Shown here piece after piece: positions 40,185 to 41,391 of a DNA stretch of 41,391 nucleotides. Under the pieces are notes generated by a model. The model was not told the origin of the DNA. It did not search any database and saw only the letters and a program-made list of their open reading frames with translations. The stretch is from assembly GCA_012520735.1 (NCBI GenBank), contig JAAYNR010000019.1, positions 1 to 41,391 on the forward strand, in the 5' to 3' direction. This DNA is from Lentisphaerota bacterium (GTDB lineage: Bacteria; Verrucomicrobiota; Kiritimatiellia; RFP12; JAAYNR01). Both the position numbers and the translations under genes were made by a program. Position 1 is the first letter of the stretch, and each line of letters begins with the position of its first letter.

Positions 40185-41015
40185 TTATCTTACTTGAAAC
40201 AGTGTTTGCGGGCATTTTCCTGATAAGACCTCGGAGATACGATATTTAGCACTGGCTATCATCACTTTGCTGCCAGCCCTGACGGGTTCTTTAATAAACT
40301 CGAGTTTGGCCTTGGCTCCGCCGGCTCCTTCGCGACTCACCCCGATACAACTCTTTTGCAGTTCAGTGATGGCAGCAATAACTTCGTCAGCGTTTTTCCC
40401 TTCAACACGTTCAACAAGGGTGGAGGGGTCTTTGGGGTCTAAGTAAATACCTTTAGCCGAGGTGAAAATAATCAGATTTTTAGCACGCACCAGACAGGCA
40501 ATAGTGGCGGCTGTTTCGTCGTTATCAATACACTCGACCACATCTTTTTTGCCATTACAACGGAGTTGGTTCAGCTCCCAGCGTCGGTTCTCTTCAAAGC
40601 TGACGGTATCGTTATAGTTTATGATGGGGATAGCATTCTGACTGGCACAGCGGAGGAAAAAATTACAGATATGCTCTCTTTTTTCGGGGTGGTTAAAGTG
40701 GGTGTGCTCTACAAGCAATTGGCGCACCGAGTACTTGGCGGGGATGTAGCGACGGTACTCCTCCATCAGGATAGCTTGTCCTTGAGCCGAATAATCGGTC
40801 ATGACGTCGCTTTTAGGGCCATCCAACTCGCATCCCATCCGCTTGATATAGTCGAGCCGACCGATCTCTACGGCACCAGAGCTGACCCACAACATCCCTG
40901 GTTTCAACTCCTTGGCAACACGGCTGAATACGTTATAGTCAATATCGAGCTCATTATCGCGAATGAGTGCCATTGACCCTATTTTACCAACGACCTCTAT
41001 GGCGTTATCTCTCAT
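40185..41015 (-). CDS. amino-acid kinase family protein, glutamate 5-kinase (ProB)-like without a PUA domain
   Basis: 276 aa from ATG 41015 (GGAG upstream). The AAK blocks are GKIGS, SSGAV, PIINYNDTV, DNDETAA, TSAKGIYLDP and GAGGAKAKL. The ORF-track start 41105 is an extension. Confidence 0.7.
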   Translation of the reverse strand: MRDNAIEVVGKIGSMALIRDNELDIDYNVFSRVAKELKPGMLWVSSGAVEIGRLDYIKRMGCELDGPKSDVMTDYSAQGQAILMEEYRRYIPAKYSVRQLLVEHTHFNHPEKREHICNFFLRCASQNAIPIINYNDTVSFEENRRWELNQLRCNGKKDVVECIDNDETAATIACLVRAKNLIIFTSAKGIYLDPKDPSTLVERVEGKNADEVIAAITELQKSCIGVSREGAGGAKAKLEFIKEPVRAGSKVMIASAKYRISEVLSGKCPQTLFQVR

Positions 41016-41391
41016 TATGCTCCACTCCACTAAAAAGGAACAGGCTTCTCCAATTTGTCTGTAAAATAAAAATGATAGCATAACCGCTTGGTTGAAACAA
41101 TGCAATATAGTGCCAGCCCAAAACTGCTAGAGTTATGGAGTGAGGTGGGGGCGGATAGGTACGAAATGGTGAGATCGGCTAAAACAGGGTCATGGTTCTG
41201 CAAATTACCACAGCAAACAACGCTACAGCCATCGTATGACACAATTTGACCATCAAGTAGGAATCAGTGTTCACTTTGATTTGGATGAGAAGCTGATCTA
41301 TGCTTATGGAATTTAGGCTCCCTTCTTGGGGGATATTAGTAGCTAACCCGTTAGCTACTGTCAAAAAAAACAAGAAGTTCAAGCAGCTATC

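Noticed and set aside
41338-41370. 9-bp hairpin AGTAGCTAA/TTAGCTACT followed by an A8 run
   Set aside because: It is not a terminator in either orientation. On the plus strand the stem is followed by A's, and on the minus strand the U-run precedes the stem. Its function is unclear and it is close to the window edge.
41179-41382. 67-aa minus-strand ORF with a hydrophobic C-terminus at the window end
   Set aside because: It has a non-ATG start, no SD, an AT-rich context and no motif. It cannot be distinguished from chance.

Overview
This 41.4-kb window is dominated by one plus-strand block of core translation and transcription genes, running from about 1.4 to 32.5 kb. The order is tRNA-Thr(GGU), tuf, rpmG, tRNA-Trp(CCA), secE, nusG, rplK-rplA-rplJ-rplL, rpoB, rpoC, then rpsL-rpsG-fusA. 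fusA is followed after 7 nt by the S10, spc and alpha clusters: rpsJ, rplC/D/W/B, rpsS, rplV, rpsC, rplP, rpmC, rpsQ, rplN/X/E, rpsN(type Z), rpsH, rplF/R, rpsE, rplO, secY, adk, map, rpmJ, rpsM/K/D, rpoA, rplQ. No rpmD (L30) and no infA is present at the usual positions. The 5' end (1-1.2 kb) holds REP-like palindromes, short tandem repeats, and a clear TPP (THI-box) riboswitch in front of a PnuC-family transporter, which implies a PnuT-type thiamine importer. The 3' third (32.6-41.4 kb) is the only accessory-looking part. On the minus strand it has a membrane-anchored GT2 glycosyltransferase, a SASA/DUF303-type acetylesterase and a CE15-like esterase. On the plus strand it has a SAM-methyltransferase with an N-terminal hydrophobic segment, a DUF481 outer-membrane barrel, and a 720-aa uncharacterised EF-hand protein with C-terminal TM helices. 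A stand-alone ProB-like amino-acid kinase lies on the minus strand in a lower-GC tail. I found no CRISPR array, transposase, integrase, toxin-antitoxin pair, retron, or recognisable defence or secretion module, so I cannot support a claim of a novel multi-gene system. The most unusual items are a strongly divergent switch-I (effector loop) in an otherwise canonical EF-Tu, the EF-hand/glycine-zipper membrane protein, and a heptamer repeat array in an unusually long rplN-rplX spacer. Gene content (L30 absent, CE15 and SASA esterases, DUF481) is compatible with a PVC-group bacterium such as Lentisphaerota, Kiritimatiellota or Verrucomicrobiota, but that is only an inference.
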